From Paramicrosporidium saccamoebae KSL3 (taxonomy: Eukaryota > Fungi > Cryptomycota), in the NCBI GenBank assembly GCA_002794465.1, contig MTSL01000174.1:1-32000 (forward strand): a DNA stretch of 32,000 bases. Direction: 5' to 3'. Position 1 is the stretch's first letter. Each line of letters opens with the position of its first letter. A model generated the notes under the pieces. The model saw only the letters and a list, made by a program, of their open reading frames with translations. It ran no database searches and had not been told where the DNA came from. The translations under genes and the position numbers were made by a program. Below are positions 20,106 through 29,532 of the stretch, piece by piece.

Positions 20106-22375
20106 ATGAGGCATGCATTGCGGAGCATAAAAAGGTCTCAATTTGTAGCCCAAAAGAGCACCTTGGCCTTAAATCCGGCATGGTCCGAGTTGGTGGCGAA
20201 AGAGTTAAAGGGAAAGAAGGCTGATGAGTTGGCCCGGAAGACGGCCGAGGTAATGGCGGCCATGTTGGTTAATTGATAAGGGAATCACCATCAAGCCACT
20301 CTACACAAAGGACGACACTAAGAAGATAGCCGATGAGCTTCCTGGACAGTTCCCGTACACCCGCGGCCCATATGCTTCCATGTACACCCACCGTCCATGG
20401 ACCATCCGTCAATATGCGGGGTTCAGCACGGTGGAGGAAAGCAATGCATTCTATAAGAAGAATCTGGCAGCCGGGCAGCAGGGACTGAGTGTGGCTTTTG
20501 ATCTTGCCACTCATCGGGGCTACGACTCGGACCATCCTCGTGTGACTGGTGATGTAGGGATGGCGGGGGTTGCAATTGACAGTATCGAAGACATGAAGAT
20601 CCTCTTTGACGGAATCCCGTTGGATCGAATGTCTGTGTCAATGACAATGAACGGAGCTGTGCTGCCCGTAATGGCCATGTACATTGGAGCCGCCATCGAA
20701 CAGGGAGTAAAGACGGAACAACTGGCCGGCACCATACAAAACGACATTCTGAAGGAATTCATGGTCCGAAACACCTTTATCTATCCTCCCGAGCCGTCGA
20801 TGCGCATCATTTCCGATGTCTTTTCCTACACGGCCAAGGTATGGCGAGACTTTATGCTCATGCCGCGTAGAATATGCCGAAATTCCATTCCATCTCCATC
20901 TCAGGCTATCATATGCAGGAAGCTGGCGCCGATGTTGTTCTTGAACTCGGATTCACCATTGCCAATGGTTTAGAGTACATTCGGACCGGTTTGGCAGCGG
21001 GTCTGGCTGTGGATGAATTTGCTCCACGTCTGTCATTCTTTTGGGGGATTGGCATGAATTTCTACATGGAAATTGCCAAAATGCGGGCAGCACGCAAATT
21101 ATGGGCAGAGTTGGTGAAGGAAAAGTTCAAGCCGAAGAATGCAAAGTCGGTACAGCTTCGGACCCATTGTCAAACGTCGGGATGGTCGCTGACTGAAAAG
21201 GATCCATACAACAATGTGATTCGAACAACAATCGAGGCCATGGCAGCCGTGTTTGGTGGAACACAGAGTCTTCATACTAATTCGCTCGACGAAGCTGTGG
21301 CTCTGCCTACCGAGTTTAGTGCCCGGATTGCCCGAAACACCCAGCTGGTTTTACAATGTGAGACGGGAATCACTCATGCAGTTGATCCCTGGGGTGGGTC
21401 GTACTTGATCGAGTCGCTGACTAAGGACGTCTATGATGCAGCTAAAGCCTTGATTGAGGAAGTGGAGGCGATGGGAGGAATGGCCAAGGCAGTCGCATCG
21501 GGGATGCCCAAACTTCGGATCGAAGAGGCAGCAACACGGAGACAGGCCTTGATAGACTCTGGACAAGAAGTCATTGTAGGTGTGAACCGATACCAATCTG
21601 ACAGCAAGGACAATGTCCAAGTACGGCCATTTCCGTTCTCACAATGTAGGTGCTGTCGGTCGATAATGCCACAGTTTTGAAGAAACAGGCAGCAAGACTG
21701 AAAAAGATAAAATCTTCTCGAGACGAAAAGGCGACTGCAAAATGTCTTGCTGCTCTGACAAATGCGGCAAAGACAGGAAAGGGAAATCTATTGGAATTGT
21801 CTGTAAATGCTGCATTGGCCCGGTGTACTTTGGGCGAAATATCCAACGCTCTTGAAGATGTGTGGGGTCGACATCAAGCAAGCAGCACTGTCGTCTCTGG
21901 TGCCTACAAGTCGGCCTATGGCGATTCCGCCGCCATTGATGCCACGATTCGTCGTGCTAGCGAGTTTATGGAACGCCATGGTCGTCGTCCTCGCATTCTC
22001 GTTGCAAAACTGGGCCAGGATGGCCATGATCGCGGCGCCAAGGTAATTGCCAGCAGTTTTGCCGATTTGGGCTTTGATGTGGATATCGGCCCTCTTTTCC
22101 AGACTCCCGAAGAGGTATTGCGACAGGCATTGGACTCGGATGTACATGTGATTGGGGTGAGCACATTAGCAGCAGCGCATCGGACGCTTGTTCCCGAGCT
22201 CATCCGACTGCTAAAAAAGAACAAAGCAGGCCATATAGCAGTAATCTGCGGCGGTGTCATTCCGGAAAAGGACTACAAGGATCTGTACAACCAAGGCGTC
22301 GCTGCCATATTTGGGCCCGGCACGCCCATTCCCGAATCGGCCCTCAAGATTATTGATCTCATTGATAATTGTTGA
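20106..22375 (+). CDS. MUT: Adenosylcobalamin-dependent methylmalonyl-CoA mutase, mitochondrial, about 725 aa; introns 20250..20280, 20839..20870, 21621..21649
   Basis: [27 protein letters not shown] and the cobalamin-binding DxHxxG motif ([11 protein letters not shown]). The N-terminus [13 protein letters not shown] is presequence-like. The spliced length of 2178 nt is divisible by 3. Confidence 0.97.
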
Positions 22376-22467
22376 TATGCATTATTAATATTGATTGTTA
22401 ACATGGATCGTTAATGTGTACTACTAGCAGGAATCGTTATTATTGGCAAGTATTGTTGATATGCATT
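22368..22467. repeat. 16-bp direct repeat ATTGTTGATATGCATT (22368..22383, 22452..22467) that includes the MUT stop codon
   Basis: Exact match between the copies, 84 bp apart. Further G(G/A)ATCGTTA repeats lie in the same AT-rich stretch. Confidence 0.8.
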
Positions 22468-22602
22468 GTTGTGGGGATCGTTATTGGTATTTACTGTTAT
22501 TAGTATCTACTGGTGACATGTATCGCTATTATACATTGTTGGTCTGTGCTGTTGACTCTGAATCAAGACTTTGGGAGCATAATAAATGTTTAAACTTTAC
22601 CA

Positions 22603-22863
22603 ATGTTGACGGTGGAAGACGAAATTAGGACACTACAAAGTTTGCGGGATACTATCACTTTGGGTGAGGGGCCTGCGCAGATATCAACACACATACCCAC
22701 CTTGGCCACTTCCCTGTCCATCCCAGAGGACACTCTCACCGAATACCTCTTGCAGCTGTACCCTGAACGACCGCGACGCGGCAAACGGGTAACTGCCAAG
22801 CGCGAGGAAGAGAGTGTAGAATCTTCGCCAGTTAAGCGTCCACGTCGCACTCCAAGACGCTAA
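22603..22863 (+). CDS. Hypothetical protein, 86 aa, with a basic C-terminus
   Basis: ATG-initiated ORF in a GC-richer patch within AT-rich flanks. RPRRGKR...KRPRRTPRR resembles an NLS. No family recognised. Confidence 0.55.
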   Translation: MLTVEDEIRTLQSLRDTITLGEGPAQISTHIPTLATSLSIPEDTLTEYLLQLYPERPRRGKRVTAKREEESVESSPVKRPRRTPRR

Positions 22864-22890
22864 CTATGGTGACACGTTCTGCAAGCATGG

Positions 22891-23454
22891 TATATAACGT
22901 TGTATTAGCAAGTATTTTCTAAAGGTCATTTCAGTGCCACTCTGGTCGTCTTGCTAGTATATGTTGTATTAGTGTCGCGCAGTGGGGACAATACCACGGA
23001 CCTTGTCAGGCAGGAAGGGACGAGATGGAACGAGAGGAGAATTTATTCAGTCAATCCAACGACCCATTTATAGTCTCACAAATAATGTAATAGCCCCCAA
23101 ATGATAAAGATCTCATTATCTTTCATCGATTGTCCTGATTATCTCTTCTCCAAACTAGGGAATCATTTCCAAATACTCGACTAATCAGTCCTCTATATCA
23201 CATTAGCAACTCGTAGGAGTATGCTAAACCATAGGTGGGGCGTCAATCTTGTCTCACCTATTCCTCCTTCCACGTTCGGCCTTCCGCGTTTGGCCTACCA
23301 CGTATCACTCACTCAGCTAACTATTTCACATTTGATTCACCATTTATATAAAGTTGTATTAGCAAGTATTCTCTAAAAGATCAACCATGTGTCATGATGA
23401 TTGTCCCCGTTCGTATGTATTTTCGTCATGTTAAAAGATCAATTCAGTGTCACT
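22891..23454. repeat. Dispersed direct repeat (22891..22941 vs 23345..23383 plus 23439..23454) copying the LARP1 stop region and 3'UTR
   Basis: tatataacgttgtattagcaagtattttctaaaggtca matches tatataaagttgtattagcaagtattctctaaaagatca; tcatttcagtgccact matches tcaattcagtgtcact at 14/16 positions. Confidence 0.85.
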
Positions 23455-25307
23455 TTTGCAAATCCCTCGCGGAACGATTCCAAGCTGGAATGCTTTTGCA
23501 ATGCCTCTTGTAGTTCCGGTCGCACCTTCAAAACATTAACTTCCTTATCGGGACGGTAATGCATGAATGCCCAAAATTTTTCCAATCCATAGAGGAATCC
23601 CGCACGATAGTCGGCGAGGGCCAGTTGTTGGAAATCAATGTATATTTCGGAACGGAATTTGCGTTCCAGACCGTAACTGTAGAAGCGGAAGAGACATTCT
23701 AGGCCGTAGCGGTAGCCATATGTGGCGTCTTCAGTGGCCATGCCTCGGAATTCGTCATACATGCGACGGTTGAAATGGTCGCGGAGAAAGTGGGACCAGA
23801 AACGGTACAGTGTGTTCATTTCATGGGAGCGCCCAATGCCAAGACGAAGCCGCTCGTTGATGGCGCGGTCATGGTAGCGTTTGTATTTGTGCATTTCAAA
23901 GCCATTCTCACGTAGCAGCTCGTGGGATGGATGCTCGGCAATCAAGACAGACCGAGTCTCCTCCACCGGTGCCAAGGCTGCGCTTCCTTCAATGGAGGCG
24001 GCCACCTGAGCCCGTCTTTGCATACGAATACGATCCCACACGGGATGGCGAGGGGCAGCACCCAACACCCATCCGACGGCATGGTCAAATTCTTCCTTAG
24101 CTGGAACAGCCGGAGCCGGCACGAATACGATAGATTTTTTCCGTGAGGGCAAAGCAGATTCCTTGAGGAATTCTTCGGCAACTGCAGTTTTGAGTTGTTC
24201 AAAGACTTCGCGACTGACTACTCCCACCTTTGGCTCAGCCTTGACAACCTCAGTCGCTTCTTGGAAATGATCCATTCCGTCATTGATAGCCTCGGAAATT
24301 TCCTGAGAGGAAATGTTCCTGTCATAGTGAATAATATTCCGCTCTCTAATGCGACGTCTTAATAGCTTATGTTGAGGAGCGAAAATGACAATGCTGTCAA
24401 CATCATCGTCCTCCAGCTCGGACAAGTCAGAATCTCCCTTTTTCGCAACAGCAGCCGCCTTTAATTCGCGCAAATGTTCATAATCCTCTGCGTGGTGGCG
24501 GTCGGAATGCTCAACCGACATTGCTTCACGGGCAGCTTCCGGGATGACCCATTGTTGCCAATCTCCTTTCCTACGAATGCACGTCTCAACCACTTCCACA
24601 GTCTCGCTTCCAATCAGCGACTCCAACACAATGTATGGATCATTACATATGGACTTCATGCGATTAAACTGCAAAATCGACTCAATCTCCACCCAGCCCT
24701 CATTGTCCATTTTCAGACGAAGATGCACATCACGACACAAATTTTCTACGCTCAAATAATATTCAAGCTGAGCCCGGGCAGCCAACATTGTTTGGAGACG
24801 GCTCACAGAGACAATACTTTTCTCGGGACGTGGAGTGACGGAGGAGGAGCGTGAGGGAGACTCCTTGGTGGGAGAATTCCTCTTGGATTTCCGGGGAGCG
24901 GCGCGACGACCCTTTGAAGAGGGACTCGCCATGGCCGAATTTGCAGACCTTCGCTCCTTTGAGGAAGAGCGACTAGAAAAGGCAACGGACGCTACTTCAG
25001 GGAGCACCTCTCCGAGTGGCACCCATTGCTTCCGATTCCTCTTTTCTTTAGCCTCGCCTGCATCATGTTGCTGCTCATCCGGCGTCTCGGCTACAATGAC
25101 AACGGGCTCCACTTTCATTATGGGCTTCCACGGTCCACAGGCCGGCGACTCGACCCGCGAAACGCGCTCCTGTAAATCCGGCGACTCGGCCCCCAAAGTG
25201 CATTCTTGTAAATCCGGTGACTCGACACACGAAACGTTCTCCTGCGACTCGACACACGGAATGCTCTCCTGCGACTCTGAACTTTTCACCACCTCCAAGA
25301 TACTCAT
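23439..25307 (-). CDS. LARP1: La-related protein 1 (La motif plus DM15 repeats)
   Basis: La motif [30 protein letters not shown] and DM15 region [41 protein letters not shown]. The ATG at 25307 is preferred; an upstream in-frame ATG exists at 25379. Confidence 0.93.
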   Translation of the reverse strand: MSILEVVKSSESQESIPCVESQENVSCVESPDLQECTLGAESPDLQERVSRVESPACGPWKPIMKVEPVVIVAETPDEQQHDAGEAKEKRNRKQWVPLGEVLPEVASVAFSSRSSSKERRSANSAMASPSSKGRRAAPRKSKRNSPTKESPSRSSSVTPRPEKSIVSVSRLQTMLAARAQLEYYLSVENLCRDVHLRLKMDNEGWVEIESILQFNRMKSICNDPYIVLESLIGSETVEVVETCIRRKGDWQQWVIPEAAREAMSVEHSDRHHAEDYEHLRELKAAAVAKKGDSDLSELEDDDVDSIVIFAPQHKLLRRRIRERNIIHYDRNISSQEISEAINDGMDHFQEATEVVKAEPKVGVVSREVFEQLKTAVAEEFLKESALPSRKKSIVFVPAPAVPAKEEFDHAVGWVLGAAPRHPVWDRIRMQRRAQVAASIEGSAALAPVEETRSVLIAEHPSHELLRENGFEMHKYKRYHDRAINERLRLGIGRSHEMNTLYRFWSHFLRDHFNRRMYDEFRGMATEDATYGYRYGLECLFRFYSYGLERKFRSEIYIDFQQLALADYRAGFLYGLEKFWAFMHYRPDKEVNVLKVRPELQEALQKHSSLESFREGFAKVTLN

Positions 25308-25386
25308 CTTTGTTGTCCCGGCACTTGGAACACGCACAAATGAAAACGCGCACCCTGGTCGGGTTTTTCTTGTTGACAATTAAGGC

Positions 25387-26595
25387 ATGAATGGGATAGC
25401 AGTCAATGGAGCGGCAGAATTGGCGCAGCTGCGAGAAGAACGACGCCATTTGCAGGGGGAGAGGGAGGTGCTGTTGAGGGAACATTACCCGTTGATCTTG
25501 GACACTTTGTCGATAGCTGATGAATTGGCCAAGCGGGTGAGAGAATTGCGTACCACCCTGAACACCTTCACCGGGGAGACCCTCCCACAGTTGGAAGCCC
25601 TCACAACCTTTGACCATGTTGAAAATAACATTGTGAGGCCCCATCGCGAGCGAAGTGAACGACTGCGTCAAAACATGAAGGAGGAACAGAAGCAGAGACA
25701 GAAATTGCTAGTGGAACGTTCGATCCAGCTGCTGCAATCAAATGTGTCGTTGAGCACCTGTCTGAGAGTGGTAAGCACACTGAAACAGCAGCGAGAGTTT
25801 ATTGAAGAGCCGACAAAGTTAGAACGCGTCTTTTTGGATGCGAGGAGACGACACTTGACAGTGATCATTGAGGAGAGTGTCATTAAGAAGAAGGACTTGA
25901 TGGACAATATCAAGCTGTTTGAGGCACTGGTAAAGGCGATGAGGGAGCCAGTTCTGGATGTTGTGACCCAATACAGGGCGGCGTTCTCTGACCTTTATCC
26001 ACTGAGCCGGTTTCTTGTGGCGCGGATCGACTGGTTCCTAGTGTCCATTGAGGCGCTAATCAAGAATGCGCGCAACACGTTGGTTCTGGCCTCTTTTTGG
26101 AACCAACTGGTCCTGCTGAATGCTGCCTATGTCGGCATCGGTGCCTCTTTTCTTCCACTGGTTGAGCCTGTCTTTGTCCAGCAGGCCATGCAACTGATCA
26201 ACGCCTCGGCGTCCGCCAGCTGGCAATACTTTCAGGCCAAGGGGACGGAGGTGTCCTTTCGACGGCCATCCAACAGTCTCAAAGTCCCAGCCTCTGCGGG
26301 AAAGGATATTATCCCACCCATGGAGATTACCGAGTTTCCATGGCTGGCTTTGATGATAAACTGTTTTGTCGATGTCTATGAGCAGATTCAGGTGTTTGCC
26401 ATCCCTCCCATGAAGAAGCCCATAAGCAGTGTGATAGATAAGCAATTGACTTTGTTCACCAACTACTTTGAGAATCGGTGCCGAAACGAGCCAGAGGAAT
26501 CTGTGCTCGCCTTCAAGCAGTGTCTGGACACTGTTGCACGGCCCTTTGTCGAGGCGACCCTTGAAGGCTATTTTGCGGCCATCTCATCTGTATAA
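25387..26595 (+). CDS. COG8: Conserved oligomeric Golgi complex subunit 8 (Dor1/Cog8), 402 aa
   Basis: LSTCLRVVSTL, VLDVVTQYRAAF, AAYVGIGASFLPL and PPMEITEFPWLALMIN follow the Cog8 pattern (LxxCxRxxxxL; DIITQYRAIF; SFSRVGADF; PPxxLLxFPxLAxxxN). Confidence 0.8.
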   Translation: MNGIAVNGAAELAQLREERRHLQGEREVLLREHYPLILDTLSIADELAKRVRELRTTLNTFTGETLPQLEALTTFDHVENNIVRPHRERSERLRQNMKEEQKQRQKLLVERSIQLLQSNVSLSTCLRVVSTLKQQREFIEEPTKLERVFLDARRRHLTVIIEESVIKKKDLMDNIKLFEALVKAMREPVLDVVTQYRAAFSDLYPLSRFLVARIDWFLVSIEALIKNARNTLVLASFWNQLVLLNAAYVGIGASFLPLVEPVFVQQAMQLINASASASWQYFQAKGTEVSFRRPSNSLKVPASAGKDIIPPMEITEFPWLALMINCFVDVYEQIQVFAIPPMKKPISSVIDKQLTLFTNYFENRCRNEPEESVLAFKQCLDTVARPFVEATLEGYFAAISSV

Positions 26596-26721
26596 ATTAA
26601 GCAACCAAATTTCCTTTTATGTAGCACATTAACCTCAAAACGGCGATAGCTCTGCCCCCAACCAATAATACGGTTGCATCTTTAGTGGCTGTCCAACAGA
26701 GCGGCACTGGGGACGACGATT

Positions 26722-27937
26722 ATGCTCGAGCAGCGCGAGCAGCAAGAAGAGGGGGTGACGGTGCCCTCCGCATCCACAACACTAAAGGAAGGATATCTCC
26801 GAAAACAGGCACATAATTTTGGACGTGACTGGGGACGAAGATACTTTGTGTTGTCCCCCACTCATCTCTCCTACTACCGCCATCATACTGTACCACAAAA
26901 GACATTGTAATGTGTAGGATCCGACGCCACGATGCACCATTGAATTGATCTCGGCAAGTGTCAAGTCGGCGGTCGGGGAAAAGTATCAATTGCGACGCTT
27001 CCGACTGCTGACGCCGGCGCGGGAGTATTTATTGGAGGCGGAGAGTGAGGAGGATGCACAGGAATGGAGCAGCACAATACATGCGACAATCATTTCTGCC
27101 ATTATGGGTGGATCACAGCAGGTTCCAGAGGGATTAGGCGGACTGGTCTGCGGCGGACGGATGTTGGTGGAGATGATTACAGCAATTGACGGGAACAATG
27201 TCTGTGCAGACTGTGGGACGACTAATCCAACGTGGGTTTCCATCAACCTGGGGATTGTGCTGTGCATTGATTGTTCGGGGATTCACCGCAGTCTGGGCTG
27301 CCAGATATCCAAGGTGCGGTCGTTGGAATACGATACATTTATGCCCGAGACCATTGATGTAGTCAAGGCCCTGGGAAACCGCATTATCAATGCATTTTGG
27401 GGTGCCGAGCTGTCCAATCCGCCCAAGATGAACAGTTCTGCGGAGCGATGCACTTTTATTGAGGAAAAATATCTCCATCGCGTCTATACAGGCGACAAGA
27501 CCAGTCTGCGTCGGCTCTCTCCAGTGGCTACCTCCAGGACGCCGTTTACTTCCCCCGAACTCTCTCTATTCTCATCTGTCCAGACACCATATCTTCCCTC
27601 CACAGCCGCGCTTCTCTTTCATCACGGCGTGTCGCCCCTCACCATTCACCATATAACCCGCACCAGCGCCTTGCATTGCGCGGCTGCTGCGAACCAGCTC
27701 CTCCAAGTGCATCTCTTGCTCCTGAATGGCGCAGAGGTAGTTGGACGAGATGGGGAGGGGAGGACGGCAGCCGAGGTAGCGTTGCGGTGTGGCAATGAAA
27801 AGGTTGCCGAACATTTGGTCAAGTTTATGGGGATGCAGGCGCGGGGATTGAAGCGGACAGGCTCTGTGCGGTCAGGCGGAATAATTCAATCCAATGCAGC
27901 TGTTGCGCAACGGATACGAAAAGGTTTGATGCAATGA
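26722..27937 (+). CDS. PH-ArfGAP-ankyrin protein (ACAP/Age1-like), about 395 aa, intron 26890..26917
   Basis: PH domain KEGYLRKQ..DWGRRYFVL; ArfGAP zinc finger CADC..WVSINLGIVLCIDCSGIHRSLG; ankyrin SALHCAAAANQ. A 28-nt intron joins the two ORFs in frame. Confidence 0.88.
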
Positions 27938-27990
27938 TCCTCTGTATAGAAAGCCGTAGTATAATCATGTAGTAAGCATATAAAAAGCTC

Positions 27991-28110
27991 GAGTTAGGGT
28001 GTAGGTAGGGTGAGTTAGGGAGAGAGCAGGGTGAGTTGGGGGAGAGTGGGATGAGTTATGATGGGTTAGTTGAGTTATGGCGAGGGAGTTGAGTGAGTTG
28101 AGAATTAAAA
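27991..28110. repeat. G-rich degenerate repeat (about 20-bp units starting GAGTT) with two TTAGGG and six G3+ runs
   Basis: gagttagggtgtaggtagggt/gagttagggagagagcagggt/gagttgggggagagtgggat/gagttatgatgggttagtt/gagttatggcgagggagtt, lying between convergent genes. Confidence 0.75.
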
Positions 28111-28234
28111 GGTCAAATTATGGTGAGAGAGTTGAGAACTAAAGGGTCGAGTGAAAAAATAGATTACTGTTGATCTAACGAGAGAGTAAAATGAAAACCA
28201 CAACATTTGTAGTACTAGACCATACATGATATAT

Positions 28235-29320
28235 TCAAAATGTTTCTAAGGAGACGAACCGCTTAATTAGAGCATCAGAGTCTTGTCCCTCAGGACACAC
28301 ATAGAACGGTAAAATGCCCCGCTCAATCTTTGTTACCAATTTCCCCAGCAACTCGCCTATATTTCGACTCTTTTTCACTTCCACCAGCCGTTCGTCATAC
28401 CAAAATACTCTCAACTTTTTGATATTGCGGTATTTGCCTTGTACATCCCATTCCGGCGGCTCCGTAAACACCATTTGTAGTAGCTCTTCGATTGTGCTGC
28501 TCTCATCCACGGCCTGAAGAATGTCCGACTGTGCCACTGCGGGATACAGAAGGAGAACAGGCCATAATCGGCGTTTTGTGCGACGATCCCGGAGTACAGT
28601 GGGAAGATTTTTGGGAGATTCAAAGTTGTTGAGGATGGTGGAATCCACTCCAGCAACCACCTCCACCCCACAGGAGCCAATTATACTGCGGATGCGCTCT
28701 AACTCGGCCTCTTGTGCTTTTCGTTGCAGCTCTTCTGCCGCCAGCTGTGCCTCCAAATGCTCCAACTCTTTCACTGTCTTTTCGTCAACCCGCACTTCCA
28801 GTTCAATTAATCTGCGATGGGAAATGCGTGCGACATCAACCTTTTGCAGGGCAACGGCAGCCTGGAATATCCTCCGATGAGCTTTGATTTCTGATGCAGC
28901 ATTGTCCAACTCCAGTGCCCTTTGGGCGTCACGGATGGCGTCCCCAAAGTTGCCCAGGCCCAAATTTGTTGCCGCCCGGTTGAGATGAAGAATGGCCTCC
29001 AATGGCCCATCTTCACAACCACAGGCCAGTCCTCTTGTGTAGAATGTCCGCGCATCAACGTATCCAGACGGTCCCAGCTGGAAACATTCGTTTCCTTGGT
29101 TCTTAAAGTTAAGCGCCTGTTCATAGGGCGTTCCCTCATGTAGCATCGCCTGGATGGCCGTCAAGGGAATGTTGGCGTCGGCATCCTGTGGGAGGTCCTG
29201 CATAAACAACGGAAACTCTTCTATCGGACGTGCATCAAGATCATTTATCTTGCTGCGCACCGCCTCGCGATCCATACCCGCAGCAAGCTCGTCCTGCCCC
29301 AGGTGTTCGTCGTCAGTCAT
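28235..29320 (-). CDS. CNS1: Hsp70/Hsp90 TPR co-chaperone Cns1/TTC4, 361 aa
   Basis: FPLFMQDLP..LTAIQAMLHEGTPYEQALNFKNQGNECF, TPR motif LHLNRAATNLGLGNFGDAIRDA and the C-terminal WPVLLLYP..QSD motif. Confidence 0.92.
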   Translation of the reverse strand: MTDDEHLGQDELAAGMDREAVRSKINDLDARPIEEFPLFMQDLPQDADANIPLTAIQAMLHEGTPYEQALNFKNQGNECFQLGPSGYVDARTFYTRGLACGCEDGPLEAILHLNRAATNLGLGNFGDAIRDAQRALELDNAASEIKAHRRIFQAAVALQKVDVARISHRRLIELEVRVDEKTVKELEHLEAQLAAEELQRKAQEAELERIRSIIGSCGVEVVAGVDSTILNNFESPKNLPTVLRDRRTKRRLWPVLLLYPAVAQSDILQAVDESSTIEELLQMVFTEPPEWDVQGKYRNIKKLRVFWYDERLVEVKKSRNIGELLGKLVTKIERGILPFYVCPEGQDSDALIKRFVSLETF

Positions 29321-29461
29321 GTCCCTACCCCGGAAAGGAGTCGATCGTTAAGACCCATTTCCAGCACAATTTAAACACATATCTAATACTATGACACTTT
29401 ACCGTTGCACTGTTAGCATGTTGTTGTAAACTGATTCATTGGAAAAGGATAATCTGGGATC

Positions 29462-29517
29462 GAGCTAATGAGTTAATGGGATAATGGGTTAACGGGCTGA
29501 CGAGTTGACGGGGTAGC
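29462..29517. repeat. 8-bp degenerate tandem array (6-7 copies) just upstream of the ATG7 start
   Basis: gagctaat/gagttaat/gggataat/gggttaac/gggctgac/gagttgac/ggggtagc. Confidence 0.8.
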
Positions 29518-29532
29518 CGCGGTGCGATAGTA

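Noticed and set aside
20106-22375. MUT as bacterial contamination or recent horizontal transfer
   Set aside because: It has three native 29-32 nt introns, a mitochondrial-type presequence and eukaryotic neighbours.
22945-23340. Segment between direct repeats considered as an LTR element or snRNA/snoRNA
   Set aside because: No TG..CA termini, no coding remnant and no U1/U2/U5/U6 signature recognised; only a weak C/D-like pair. The repeats are better explained as a LARP1 3'-end copy.
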